Positions 54,751-64,000 of a stretch of 64,000 nucleotides of DNA are shown here, in pieces. The position numbers and the translations under genes are program-made. Each line of letters opens with the position of its first letter. Position 1 is the first letter of the stretch. The DNA comes from an uncultured Gemmataceae bacterium (GTDB lineage: Bacteria > Planctomycetota > Planctomycetia > Gemmatales > Gemmataceae). The stretch is from contig CAVVPN010000011.1 of the NCBI GenBank assembly GCA_963750165.1, positions 512,001 to 576,000 of the forward strand. The letters run 5' to 3'. A model generated the notes under the pieces. That model had not been told where the DNA came from. It ran no database searches and saw only the letters and a program-made list of their open reading frames with translations.

Positions 54751-55646
54751 ATGCACCTCTCGACCGACCGCGGCCCGAGTCGCCGCGCCTTCCTGCAAAC
54801 CGCTGGCGTTACCGCCCTCGGGCTGACCCCGCTGGCCGGCGCCCTGGCCGCCCCCGTGCCCCAGGGAGGCGGCCAGAAGCCCGACCCATTCGGTGGCTTC
54901 ACCGTCGGCATCCAGAGTTACAGCTTTCGCAATTTCAAGCTCGAACAGGCCCTGGAGCGCACCCGCGCCCTGGGGCTGCGCTACGTCGAGTTGTCCCGCG
55001 GTCACGTGCCGCTCACCAGCACCGCCGCGCAGATCAAGGCGGTCCTCGGTCTGTGCAAGCAGTACAACATCACGCCGGTCGCTTTCGGCGTCGAACGGTT
55101 CACCAAGAACCACAACGAAAACCGTCAGAAGTTCGAGTTCGCCCGCAGCCTCGGCCTCCGCTCGCTGACCGCGGACCCGGACCCGGACAGCTTCGCTAGC
55201 CTGGACAAGCTGGTCGCGGAGTTCAACATCAGCATCGCCATTCACCCGCACGGCCCGTCCGGCAAGAACCTGCACCGCTGGTACAACGCCGAGACGATTT
55301 TGACCGCGGTGCAGAAACATCACCGTCTGATCGGCACCTGCCTGGACACCGGCCACCTGATTCGCGCCGCCCAGGCGCCGTTCAACCGCAAAATCGACCC
55401 GGCCCAGCAAATCCGCCACATGGGAGCGCGCAACTTCGGCCTGCACCTGAAGGACCACGACAACGCCAAGCGCACGGACGTGATTTTCGGCAAGGGGGTA
55501 CTGAACGTGCGGCAGGTGATCGCGGCGCTTGCGCGGTCAAGTTCACGGGCTTCATCAGCATCGAATACGAGGCCAACCCCAACAACCCGTCGCCGGACAT
55601 TCGCGCCTGCCTGGATGTGTTCCGCGAGGCGGTGCGGCCCGGTTGA
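54751..55646 (+). CDS. Tat-exported sugar phosphate isomerase/epimerase (TIM barrel); frameshift near 55535
   Basis: SRRAFLQ Tat motif, QSYSFR, IHPHG, DTGH, HLKD; SIEYE in the shifted frame. Confidence 0.85.
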
Positions 55647-55852
55647 GCGCGTTCCTGATGGCGAGCCGGAACGTCAGTGACCGACTCGCCTCCATCTGGT
55701 TGGTCTTGCTCCGCCGGCTGAATCCCGTTACCAAAAAGCTGTATCATGACCGTATGAGTTCGCCGGCGGACGACAGGGCAGGGGAGGGGAGGGCGAGCAC
55801 ACCTGTTCGCCCCGAGGCACGGTGGCATTCCCAAACCCCACGAGATCGAGCC

Positions 55853-56785
55853 ATGACTGACGATCGGGCCCGCGAGTTGCGGCAGAAGAAGTACAACGCG
55901 ACGGTGGTTGCGCTGCAGAAACCGCAGTCCGAATTGATGATCGTTCGCGTTCGCCCGGACTTCCCGCGGCCGATTCACAAGCCGGGTCAATATTGCACGC
56001 TCGGCCTGGGCTTCTGGGAACCGCGCGTACCCGACTGTCAGCCAGAGATCGTTTCCGCCGCCCAGCAGGAGCAACTCGTCCGCCGCGCGTACTCGATCAG
56101 TTGCAGCGTCCTGGACGAGAACCACCGACTGCTGGATGTCGCCGCCACGGACTGGCTGGAGTTCTACATCGTGCTGATGCGGCAGTCCGGCACGGAGGAG
56201 GCGCCGGCGCTGACGCCGCGGTTGTTCATGCTTCAGGAAAGCGACCGCCTGTACATGGGCGAGAAGATCACCGGCCACTACACGAGCGCTCCGGTGCGGC
56301 CGGGTGACTCGGTGCTGCTGCTGTCCACTGGCACCGGTGAGGCGCCGCACAATTATCTGGTGTGGGATCTGCTGCACCGCGGCCACCAGGGCAAGATCTT
56401 CTCGGCCTGCTGCGTCCGCTACCGCCGCGACCTGGGTTACCTGCCGATCCACGATGCGTTGATGGCCCAGTACCCCAACTATCGGTACATCGCCCTGACG
56501 ACGCGCGAGGCGGACACGATTCATCAAAAAGTCTACATTCAGGATCTCATCACCAGCGGCCAGCTGGAGCAGCATCTGGGCGAGTCGCTGGAGCCGGCGC
56601 GGACGCACGTGTACCTGTGCGGCAATCCAAAGATGATCGGCGTGCCGGTGAAGGACCGGGTGACAGGGGAGCGGACCTACCCGCAGCCGGAGGGCGTGGT
56701 GGAGATTTTGGAGAAGCGCGGTTTTCAACTCGACCAGCCCGCGGCCAAAAAAGTGGGCAACATTCACGTCGAGGAATACTGGTGA
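55853..56785 (+). CDS. fpr: Ferredoxin-NADP reductase family
   Basis: GQY, RRAYSI, TGTGEAP, YLCGNPKMI, C-terminal EEYW. Confidence 0.88.
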   Translation: MTDDRARELRQKKYNATVVALQKPQSELMIVRVRPDFPRPIHKPGQYCTLGLGFWEPRVPDCQPEIVSAAQQEQLVRRAYSISCSVLDENHRLLDVAATDWLEFYIVLMRQSGTEEAPALTPRLFMLQESDRLYMGEKITGHYTSAPVRPGDSVLLLSTGTGEAPHNYLVWDLLHRGHQGKIFSACCVRYRRDLGYLPIHDALMAQYPNYRYIALTTREADTIHQKVYIQDLITSGQLEQHLGESLEPARTHVYLCGNPKMIGVPVKDRVTGERTYPQPEGVVEILEKRGFQLDQPAAKKVGNIHVEEYW

Positions 56786-56798
56786 ACGGGGAAGGGTC

Positions 56799-57663
56799 AT
56801 GGCCGAGGAAATCATTGGCGGGTACAAGCTGCAAAGCTTGTTGATGACGGGACAGAACAGTCAGGTCTGGGAGGTGGTCGAGATCACCAGCCAGCGCCAC
56901 TTCGCCATGAAGTTGTTGCTGCCGGAGAAGATGGAGGGCGAGCCGCGGCGGCTGCTGATCCACGAGGCCGAGGTCGGCCAGAAGCTTGCCCACCCAAACA
57001 TTATCCGCATTGTCCACGTCGAAAAGAGCTCCAAGCAGCCGTTCTTCGTGATGGAGTTTTTCCCATCGGGCAGTTTGAAACTGCGCATCGCTGCGCAAGC
57101 AATTCGACTGGATCAAGGAGCGGGCGCACGGCATCTTCAAGCAGGCGGCGACCGGCCTGGCATACATGAACGCCAGCGGCTGGGTGCATCGCGACATCAA
57201 GCCGGACAACCTCCTGGTGAACAGCGCCGGCGAGGTGCGCATCATCGACTTTGCCATCGCCATGCGCATCCAGAAGCCGAGCTTTTTCGCGCGGCTGTTC
57301 AAGATCAAGCAGCAGGCGCAGGGGACACGGACGTACATGTCGCCGGAGCAGATCCGCGGCGAGTACCTGGACGGTCGGGCCGACATTTACAGCTTCGGCG
57401 CCAGCGCTTACGAAATCGTCACGGGTCGGCCGCCGTTCCGCGCGGCGAGCAACCACGACCTGCTGGTCAAGCAGATCGTGGAAAAGCCGACATCGCCGCA
57501 GGCCCACAACCCGGACGTGAGCGACGAATTCGCCAAGCTGATCCTGCACTGCCTGGGCAAGAAACGCGAGGATCGGCCGCGCGACTTCCACGAGGTGCTG
57601 ATGCGGCTCAAGCAGATCAAGATTTTCAAAAGCGACGCCCCGCTCAAGCGCGACCAGGGGTGA
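56799..57663 (+). CDS. Ser/Thr protein kinase; frameshift near 57095
   Basis: AMK, HPNII, then HRDIKPDN, DFA, YMSPEQ, DIYSFG in a second frame. Confidence 0.85.
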
Positions 57664-57669
57664 AGGCTC

Positions 57670-58665
57670 ATGCCACCGAAAAGCTCGCTGCCGTTTGAAA
57701 AAGAAATCCACGCCATGGAAGAACTGCTGGCCCAGCTGGAGGCCAACGCCGGCGACCAGCTGGGCGGCAGTGCCGAGGTGCGCCGCATGCGCCGGGAGTT
57801 GGCCCAGTTGAAACACCGCATTTACAGCAACCTGACGCCCTGGCAAACCATCCAGGTGGCCCGACACCGTGAGCGGCCACAGACGACGGATTACCTTGAT
57901 CTGATCTTTGACGAGTTCGTGGAGTTGCACGGCGACCGCGCCATCGGCGACGACCGCGCGATTCGTACCGGCTTTGCCCGGCTGGGCGATTATCGCATTC
58001 TGCTGGTCGGCCATCAGAAGGGGCACAACCTCAAGGAGAACAGCGAGTGTCTGTGGGGGTGTGCCCACCCGGAGGGGTATCGCAAGGCCCTGAACAAAAT
58101 GCGCCTGGCGGCGAAGTTTCGGCTGCCGATCATTTGCCTGATCGACACGCCGGGGGCATACCCGGGCATCGGGGCGGAGGAGCGCGGCCAGGCGCAGTTG
58201 ATCGCGACGAACCTGCTGGAGATGTCACGGCTGCCGACGCCGATCATTTGCGTGGTGATCGGGGAAGGGGGGTCCGGCGGAGCGCTGGGCATTGGCATTG
58301 GTGACCGGGTGAGCATGCTGGAGCATGCTTACTATTCGGTGATCAGTCCGGAGGGTTGCGCCGGCATTCTGTGGAAGGTTGCCACGGAGGAAACGCGGCC
58401 CCTGGCTGCGGAGGCGCTGAAGCTCACCGCCCGCGACCTGCATCGGCTGCGGGTCATCGACGACATCATTGCCGAGCCGCTCGGCGGGGCCCACCGCGAT
58501 CACCGCGAGATGGGCAACATTCTGAAAGCCTACCTGCTGCGCTATCTGCGCGACCTCCGCAACCTACCGACGGAGGAACTGCTGGAGAAGCGCTACCAGA
58601 AGTTCCGCCGCATGGGCGTCTTCGACGATGGACTGCAACTCGGCGGGGCCACCGACGAGGCGTAA
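57670..58665 (+). CDS. accA: Acetyl-CoA carboxylase carboxyltransferase alpha subunit
   Basis: ELHGDR, PEGYRKA, IDTPGAYPG, GEGGSGGAL, YSVISPEG. Confidence 0.96.
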   Translation: MPPKSSLPFEKEIHAMEELLAQLEANAGDQLGGSAEVRRMRRELAQLKHRIYSNLTPWQTIQVARHRERPQTTDYLDLIFDEFVELHGDRAIGDDRAIRTGFARLGDYRILLVGHQKGHNLKENSECLWGCAHPEGYRKALNKMRLAAKFRLPIICLIDTPGAYPGIGAEERGQAQLIATNLLEMSRLPTPIICVVIGEGGSGGALGIGIGDRVSMLEHAYYSVISPEGCAGILWKVATEETRPLAAEALKLTARDLHRLRVIDDIIAEPLGGAHRDHREMGNILKAYLLRYLRDLRNLPTEELLEKRYQKFRRMGVFDDGLQLGGATDEA

Positions 58666-58749
58666 CCCCGACCCGCCGCGCACATTTCGCTGCAAAGCCA
58701 TCGATTGCACCTAAACCCAAGTTATACTTTAACTTGCGGCAAATGCATA

Positions 58750-58777
58750 ACTGAACATAAGATACATTATCGGACCT
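58750..58777 (-). other. dif-like XerC/XerD site 1
   Basis: Minus strand AGGTCCGATAA-TGTATC-TTATGTTCAGT (11-6-11 layout). Confidence 0.7.
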
Positions 58778-58836
58778 TTCTGTTCCTCCGCTTGCGACTT
58801 GGCGGACAAACTGCATCCGCAAAGAGACAGCAGTTA

Positions 58837-58864
58837 ACGTCCGATAATCAATATTATGTTAAAA
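58837..58864 (+). other. dif-like XerC/XerD site 2
   Basis: ACGTCCGATAA-TCAATA-TTATGTTAAAA; XerD arm matches E. coli TTATGTTAAAT at 10 of 11 positions. Confidence 0.78.
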
Positions 58865-59076
58865 TACTTTTCAGCCGTTCCATCGCATGGACGGCTTTCC
58901 AGACCGGTCTTTTTCAGCAGACCCCGTTGCTAACGGTGTCTATATCCTTACAGTAGGTCGGTGCCAGTCACGGAAGGCGTTCCCACCGCAACGGTCGTTT
59001 CAACCGGACGGGACATAGCGATCGTCGGGAAGACAGCGTTTCCTGTGGGTTCTTAACTCTGTGAACGGAGGACAAC

Positions 59077-59535
59077 ATGACGACGCGGAATTGGCGGTTG
59101 GGCCTGGTGGCCTTGGTGGGGTTCGCCGGCGCCCTGTTGCTCGGCGCCACCACCACCCAGGCAGTCCAGGGCGACAAGGTGTACGAGGTCCGCAACGACG
59201 GCCTCAAGATCGACGGCAAGCTAGACGCCAACGACAAGCGCGACGACGTCCGCAAGGGGTCGTACGCCAAGGTGTACCTGGTCAAATTGCAGAAGGACAA
59301 GACTTACACGATCCGGCTGAACAGCCCCGACACCAAGGCCCTCGATCCCTACCTGCGCGTCGAGGACGCCGGCAAAAAGCAACTGGCGTCCAACGACGAC
59401 GACCCGGACGGGATGGGCGATCTGAATTCCAGGCTGGACTTCACGGCGCCCCAGGACGGCACCTACCGGATCATCGCCACCACATTCGGGTCCAATCAGA
59501 CTGGCGACTTCGCGCTGCTCATCAAGGCCAAATGA
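59077..59535 (+). CDS. Secreted PPC-domain (pre-peptidase C-terminal) protein
   Basis: Signal peptide; DPYLRVED, ASNDD, NSRLDF..DGTYRIIATT. Confidence 0.82.
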   Translation: MTTRNWRLGLVALVGFAGALLLGATTTQAVQGDKVYEVRNDGLKIDGKLDANDKRDDVRKGSYAKVYLVKLQKDKTYTIRLNSPDTKALDPYLRVEDAGKKQLASNDDDPDGMGDLNSRLDFTAPQDGTYRIIATTFGSNQTGDFALLIKAK

Positions 59536-59582
59536 GTCTCGTTCCTCGTTCTTCGCGACCATTTTTGACGACGGAGGAAGAC

Positions 59583-60047
59583 ATGACCAAATACGGTTGG
59601 TGCGTGGGCCTGCTGGCAGTGGCGTTCGGCTGCTCGGCCCTGTCCGCGGCCGCCACGCCCCAGGCCGCGCAGAAGCAGAAGGACAAGATCCACGAGGTTC
59701 GCGTCAAGGATGGCCTGACCGTCAAGGACAAACTCGACGTCGGCGATGACCGGGACAAGAAGTTCAAGGACAGTTACTGCAAGGTCCATCTTGTCCGCAT
59801 GACCGCAGGCAAGACCTACGTCATCCGCATGAACGCCGAGGACGAGGACAAGATTGATTCGGTGCTGCGCGTCGAAGACGCCAAGGGCAAGGAACTCGCC
59901 TGGAACGATGACGCTCCGGGAGAGATGACCCTCAATTTGCGCATCGACTTCAAGTGCGCCAAAGACGGCGTCTACCGCATCAGCGCCACGAGTTTGAACG
60001 ACAACGAAACCGGCAACTTCACCCTGACCGTCAAGCTCGCCGAATAA
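59583..60047 (+). CDS. Secreted PPC-domain protein, tandem paralog
   Basis: Signal peptide; DSVLRVED, AWNDD, DGVYRISATS. Confidence 0.82.
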   Translation: MTKYGWCVGLLAVAFGCSALSAAATPQAAQKQKDKIHEVRVKDGLTVKDKLDVGDDRDKKFKDSYCKVHLVRMTAGKTYVIRMNAEDEDKIDSVLRVEDAKGKELAWNDDAPGEMTLNLRIDFKCAKDGVYRISATSLNDNETGNFTLTVKLAE

Positions 60048-60062
60048 CCCCACCCAGTCATT

Positions 60063-60093
60063 GCGGCACCGCCCCAGAACGGGGCGGTGCCGC
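60063..60093 (+). terminator. GC-rich hairpin after the PPC pair
   Basis: GCGGCACCGCCCC-agaac-GGGGCGGTGCCGC; no clear U tract. Confidence 0.45.
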
Positions 60094-60195
60094 CGCTGCC
60101 GCACGCAAATCCAGTTCCGGCGAATTGCCGCGCGACAAATGCGCACCTAGACTTGGGTGGCAAAATCGCCGTCGGAACCAGGCCAGGTGCGTGCC

Positions 60196-61557
60196 ATGAA
60201 CGCCGGGAAGACTGCGCCGCGGGGGGAAATTTATTTGGGCCGCTATGAGGCCCTGCGCCAGATCGGCCGGGGCGGCATGGGCACCGTGTTTCTCGGCCGT
60301 CAACTCGACCAGCCGCGGCCCGTCGTCATCAAGGTCATGCACCCCGAAATCGCTGACAACCCGCGCTTCCGTCAGAACTTCGCCCGTGAAATACGCCTCA
60401 TGGCGTCCTTCCAGCACCCGCACGCCGTCACCCTCTTTGACGCCTCGGTGGACGACCCCGTCAAGCCCTGCATCATCATGGAGTACGTCCCCGGCATCTC
60501 CGTCGCCGACCTGCTCCAGCGTCACCGCCGCCTCACCCCGCACCACGTCGGCCGGCTGCTGGCGCAACTGTGCAAGGTCCTGCAGGCCGCCCATGACGCC
60601 GGCATCCTGCACCGCGACCTCACGCCGCACAACCTGATGGTCATGCACCCCTGCACGCCGCAGGAAACCCTCAAGGTCCTCGACTTCGGCCTGGCCCGCA
60701 TGGGCGCCGCCCCGTACATCGCCCTGGAAAAACTGACCGGCAGCGGCGACAGCATCGGCGGCGGCACCCCCGATTACCTCTGCCCTGAACAAATCCGCCG
60801 CGAGGAGGTCGATCACCGCGGCGATCTGTACAGCGTCGGCGTCCTCCTCTTTCAGATGCTCAGCGGCCGCCTGCCCTTCGACGCCGGCACCGACGTGGCC
60901 GACATCCTCCTGGCCCACCTGGACAAACCGCCTCTTACCTTCGCCGCTGCCGGCGTCGGCCCGCTCGTCACGCCCGACATTGAGGAGGTCGTGCAGGCGT
61001 GTTTGATGAAGTATCCGCGCGAACGGCCGCAGTGTGCCCGCGACCTGGCCAAACGGTTTGAAAAGGCCCTCGGCAAAAAACTGCTCACCGACAGCGAGGC
61101 CGACAAACCCGCCGTGCAGCTGCCGCCCACGCCCCGGAACCACGACCGGCCACACATCAAAGCGCACGAATTGATGGACTGCCTCGAAGCCTGGATGCCC
61201 GAGCAGATCGCCGTGGTCAAGTTGCGCGGCTTCGTCAGCGACCTGGGCGGGGAGGTGATCGAAAGCGAACCCGGTCTGATCCGCGTCCGCCTGCCCGGGC
61301 CCGAGGAGGCGGCCACGGAAGCCCCCCCACAGGGCGGCCTCATGGGCTGGTTTGGCCTGGGGACGCGCGTGAAGGTGCTCCCGACAGTGCTGATGGAACT
61401 GCACCTGGAAAAGAAGCTGGCCAACGGACGCAACCAGCTGCAAATCACCGTGGCCATGCGTCCCGAGCAGGACGAGCACCTCGGCCATCAACCGACGTGG
61501 CGCCCCTGGTGTCAGGGCATCTGCCGCGATCTCCGCGCCTACCTCATCAGCGGCTGA
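60196..61557 (+). CDS. Cytoplasmic Ser/Thr protein kinase with C-terminal domain of unknown function
   Basis: GRGGMG, VIK, HRDLTPHN, DFG, GTPDY. Confidence 0.9.
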   Translation: MNAGKTAPRGEIYLGRYEALRQIGRGGMGTVFLGRQLDQPRPVVIKVMHPEIADNPRFRQNFAREIRLMASFQHPHAVTLFDASVDDPVKPCIIMEYVPGISVADLLQRHRRLTPHHVGRLLAQLCKVLQAAHDAGILHRDLTPHNLMVMHPCTPQETLKVLDFGLARMGAAPYIALEKLTGSGDSIGGGTPDYLCPEQIRREEVDHRGDLYSVGVLLFQMLSGRLPFDAGTDVADILLAHLDKPPLTFAAAGVGPLVTPDIEEVVQACLMKYPRERPQCARDLAKRFEKALGKKLLTDSEADKPAVQLPPTPRNHDRPHIKAHELMDCLEAWMPEQIAVVKLRGFVSDLGGEVIESEPGLIRVRLPGPEEAATEAPPQGGLMGWFGLGTRVKVLPTVLMELHLEKKLANGRNQLQITVAMRPEQDEHLGHQPTWRPWCQGICRDLRAYLISG

Positions 61558-61748
61558 CCATCTCCGAGTTTTCCGCAACTGACCTTGATTCTTTCCTTCC
61601 AATCAGGGATTTTCCTTTCACCTTGAACGACGGTACAGTTCACATGCTCATCATCCGATAGAAAGGGTGCCCAATCTCGGTTGAGAAGCGCGGTCTGCCA
61701 ACGGGCGGCGGCAGCCATCGTCCGCCCAACACTTGAAGGAGGATCCCA

Positions 61749-62231
61749 ATGAGTTCGAAGAACGGCGTCAAACGCATCCCCGACCACATGCACACGCTCA
61801 GCCCGCATCTGGTGATCAAAAACGCCCCCCAGGCCATCGACTTTTACAAGAAGGCGTTCGGGGCCGTCGAGCAGCACACCAGCACGATGCCGGACGGCCG
61901 GCTGCTGCACGCCAGCTTGAAGATTGGCGATTCCGTGCTGTTCCTGGCAGAAGAGTTCCCCGAATGGGGCAGTAAGGGACCGCTCACCCTGGGCGGCACT
62001 CCGGTGACGCTGCACCTGTGCGTCGAGGACGCCGACGCCGCCTTCCAGCAGGCCGTCACCGCCGGCGCCACCGTCAAGATGCCGCCGATGGACATGTTCT
62101 GGGGCGACCGCTACGCCCGCATCATCGACCCGTTCGGTCATGAATGGGCGATCTCGCACCGCATTGAGGATCTGACCCCCGCACAGATGAACGACCGCGC
62201 CCAGCAGTTCTGCGCCAAGATGGGCAAGTAA
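61749..62231 (+). CDS. VOC/PhnB-like glyoxalase family protein
   Basis: AIDFYKKAFGA, MFWGDRY..DPFGH; GGAGG RBS. Confidence 0.9.
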   Translation: MSSKNGVKRIPDHMHTLSPHLVIKNAPQAIDFYKKAFGAVEQHTSTMPDGRLLHASLKIGDSVLFLAEEFPEWGSKGPLTLGGTPVTLHLCVEDADAAFQQAVTAGATVKMPPMDMFWGDRYARIIDPFGHEWAISHRIEDLTPAQMNDRAQQFCAKMGK

Positions 62232-62342
62232 CCGTCCTTGCCGTGGTGCAGGTGGCCCGCCGCGGAACCGGAGGACAGGCGAGCCGCCTGCACCACGGCA
62301 GTACCTGTTCACTTGCTGTCGGCGGGTGATTATGATGGGGCC

Positions 62343-63635
62343 ATGAGCACTCCCGCGAACCTGGAACGCCATTCCCTCCGTGCCGGCATGGTCGGCACGG
62401 GCATGATCTTCGACGACACCTACCGGCCGCTATTCGAGCAACTGTACCGCAGCGGCCTCTACCGCCGCGACTTCGGCCTGGTGGACGTGGACCTGATCGC
62501 CGTTGCCAGCCGCACCGGCTCCCGGGCGGCGCGCTACCAACAAACCGCCCACGGTCGCATCGGCGATTTCGTCAACTGCTCCGGCCCCGGCGCCGTCGCG
62601 GACCTGCTCCGCCAGCGGCCGGATGTCGTCTGCGTCGCCACGCCGGACGACCGCCACTTCGACGCCGCCCGCCTCGCCCTGGAAGCGGGCAAGCACGTCC
62701 TTATCGAAAAACCCTCAGTGCTGCGGTTGCAGGAACTCGACACGCTCACTGCGCTGGCCGGGCGGCACAACGTTTTGGCCAAGATCGTGTACCACAAACT
62801 GGCCGACCCCGATCACAAGAAATTGCGGACGCACGTGGTCGATGGCGTGCTGCGGCACGTCAACAATGGCTACTGCTCGCTGCTGGAACCGCGGCAAATC
62901 AGCGGCAGTCAGTTCGCCGAGTGGATCAGCGGCCGGAACCCGGGCACCTATGTCGCCGTCCATTACATCAAGCTCATCGACTTCACCTTCGGCCCCGATT
63001 GGCGGCTGACGCGCGTCGCCGCCACGGGGCAGCGCGGCCTGGTCGGGCCGGCGACCGGGCCGACGTGGGACTCCGTGCAGTTGCAACTGGTCTACACGCA
63101 CCCGGACAACCGCGAAGCTGCGTTCGACATCCACACCAGCTGGGTGACGCCGGACAATTTCCCCGGCTACGTTGAGCAGGAGGTGCAGTTCCGCTTCGAC
63201 AACGGCGTCTGGAACGCCCACCAGCGCAAGCGCGGCGTCGAGGTCACGGTCGAGGGCCGCAGCCCGCACGAGATCAAGAACACGCCGAACCACCATTACA
63301 ACGGCACCTTTATCGAGCCGTGGGGCGAGCGCTCACAGCGCGGCTATGGCATCGAGATTTTGCAGCGGTTTCTGGAGGAGGTGGCGTTGGTCGAATACGG
63401 CGGCCCCCCTGCCCTGCGGGCCGAACGTCTGGAGCAGATGCGCTGTCTGTCGTACAACGACCTGACGGCGGATCGCCCCACGGTGGCGGCGGTCCAGGCG
63501 CTGGAGGCGTTGCTCCAGGCCCACGCGGACGGCTATCCGGGCAGCAGCGTGCTCGTCAACGGCCGCGACGGCGGCCTGGTGCTGCGCCGGCCGGGACAGG
63601 TCGAGCCCATCGTCCTGTACCCGGATGTGGTTTGA
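62343..63635 (+). CDS. Gfo/Idh/MocA family oxidoreductase
   Basis: GMVGTG, VATPD..H, HVLIEKP. Confidence 0.88.
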   Translation: MSTPANLERHSLRAGMVGTGMIFDDTYRPLFEQLYRSGLYRRDFGLVDVDLIAVASRTGSRAARYQQTAHGRIGDFVNCSGPGAVADLLRQRPDVVCVATPDDRHFDAARLALEAGKHVLIEKPSVLRLQELDTLTALAGRHNVLAKIVYHKLADPDHKKLRTHVVDGVLRHVNNGYCSLLEPRQISGSQFAEWISGRNPGTYVAVHYIKLIDFTFGPDWRLTRVAATGQRGLVGPATGPTWDSVQLQLVYTHPDNREAAFDIHTSWVTPDNFPGYVEQEVQFRFDNGVWNAHQRKRGVEVTVEGRSPHEIKNTPNHHYNGTFIEPWGERSQRGYGIEILQRFLEEVALVEYGGPPALRAERLEQMRCLSYNDLTADRPTVAAVQALEALLQAHADGYPGSSVLVNGRDGGLVLRRPGQVEPIVLYPDVV

Positions 63636-63638
63636 AAC

Positions 63639-64000
63639 ATGGACAGCGCACAAGTGATCAAGATCAGCAAATACCTGAGCAAACACCTGCGGCACCAGCC
63701 CGAACGGCTCGGCCTGGAGCTGGACGCCGGCGGCTGGGTGGCCGTGGACGTTTTGCTGCAGGCGTGCGCCCGCCAGCGCTTCCCGATCACCCGACAGCAG
63801 CTCGACGAGGTGGTGGCGACCAACGATAAGCAACGATTTGCCTTCGACGAGACCGGCTCCAAAATCCGCGCCAACCAGGGGCATAGCGTCGAGGTCGATT
63901 TGCAACTCGAACCCCTGGATCCCCCTGCCCTGCTCTACCACGGCGCGCCCGAGGGCATCGTCCCACTGCTGCTGACGGACGGCCTGGCAAAAATGTCTCG
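63639..64000 (+). CDS. kptA: RNA 2'-phosphotransferase (Tpt1/KptA), partial at window end
   Basis: Read from DNA: SKYLSKHLRH, KQRF, IRANQGHS, LYHG. Confidence 0.9.
   Translation, partial: MDSAQVIKISKYLSKHLRHQPERLGLELDAGGWVAVDVLLQACARQRFPITRQQLDEVVATNDKQRFAFDETGSKIRANQGHSVEVDLQLEPLDPPALLYHGAPEGIVPLLLTDGLAKMS

Overview
High-GC bacterial DNA whose gene content points to a planctomycete, most likely Gemmataceae-like (inference from the Cys-rich secreted repeat protein, WXXGXW protein, DUF4058, Uma2 paralogs, tandem-fused UvrA and multi-prepilin cluster). It holds a ~16 kb type IV pilus/T2SS-like cluster (two PilB/GspE ATPases, PilT, PilC, five prepilins, one giant GspK/PilX-like protein). It also holds larA-like, metY-metX, a two-component system, two ECF sigma factors, a double uvrA, a VIT/vWA protein, an fpr-kinase-accA run and a partial kptA. 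About nine genes carry apparent single indels, which suggests assembly error. The most interesting signals are non-coding. (1) Two diverged copies of a ~190-bp unit (40134-40325 minus, 53568-53759 plus), each a sigma70-like promoter followed by a candidate ~80-nt structured RNA with a (UUUCA)n loop and no downstream gene. (2) An inverted pair of XerC/XerD dif-like sites 59 bp apart (58750-58864). (3) Many REP-like palindrome families, two of them sitting in-frame inside genes (uvrA and a secreted hydrolase), one flanked by a 37-bp direct repeat and one at the 5' break of a truncated permease. No rRNA, tRNA, CRISPR array or transposase was recognised.
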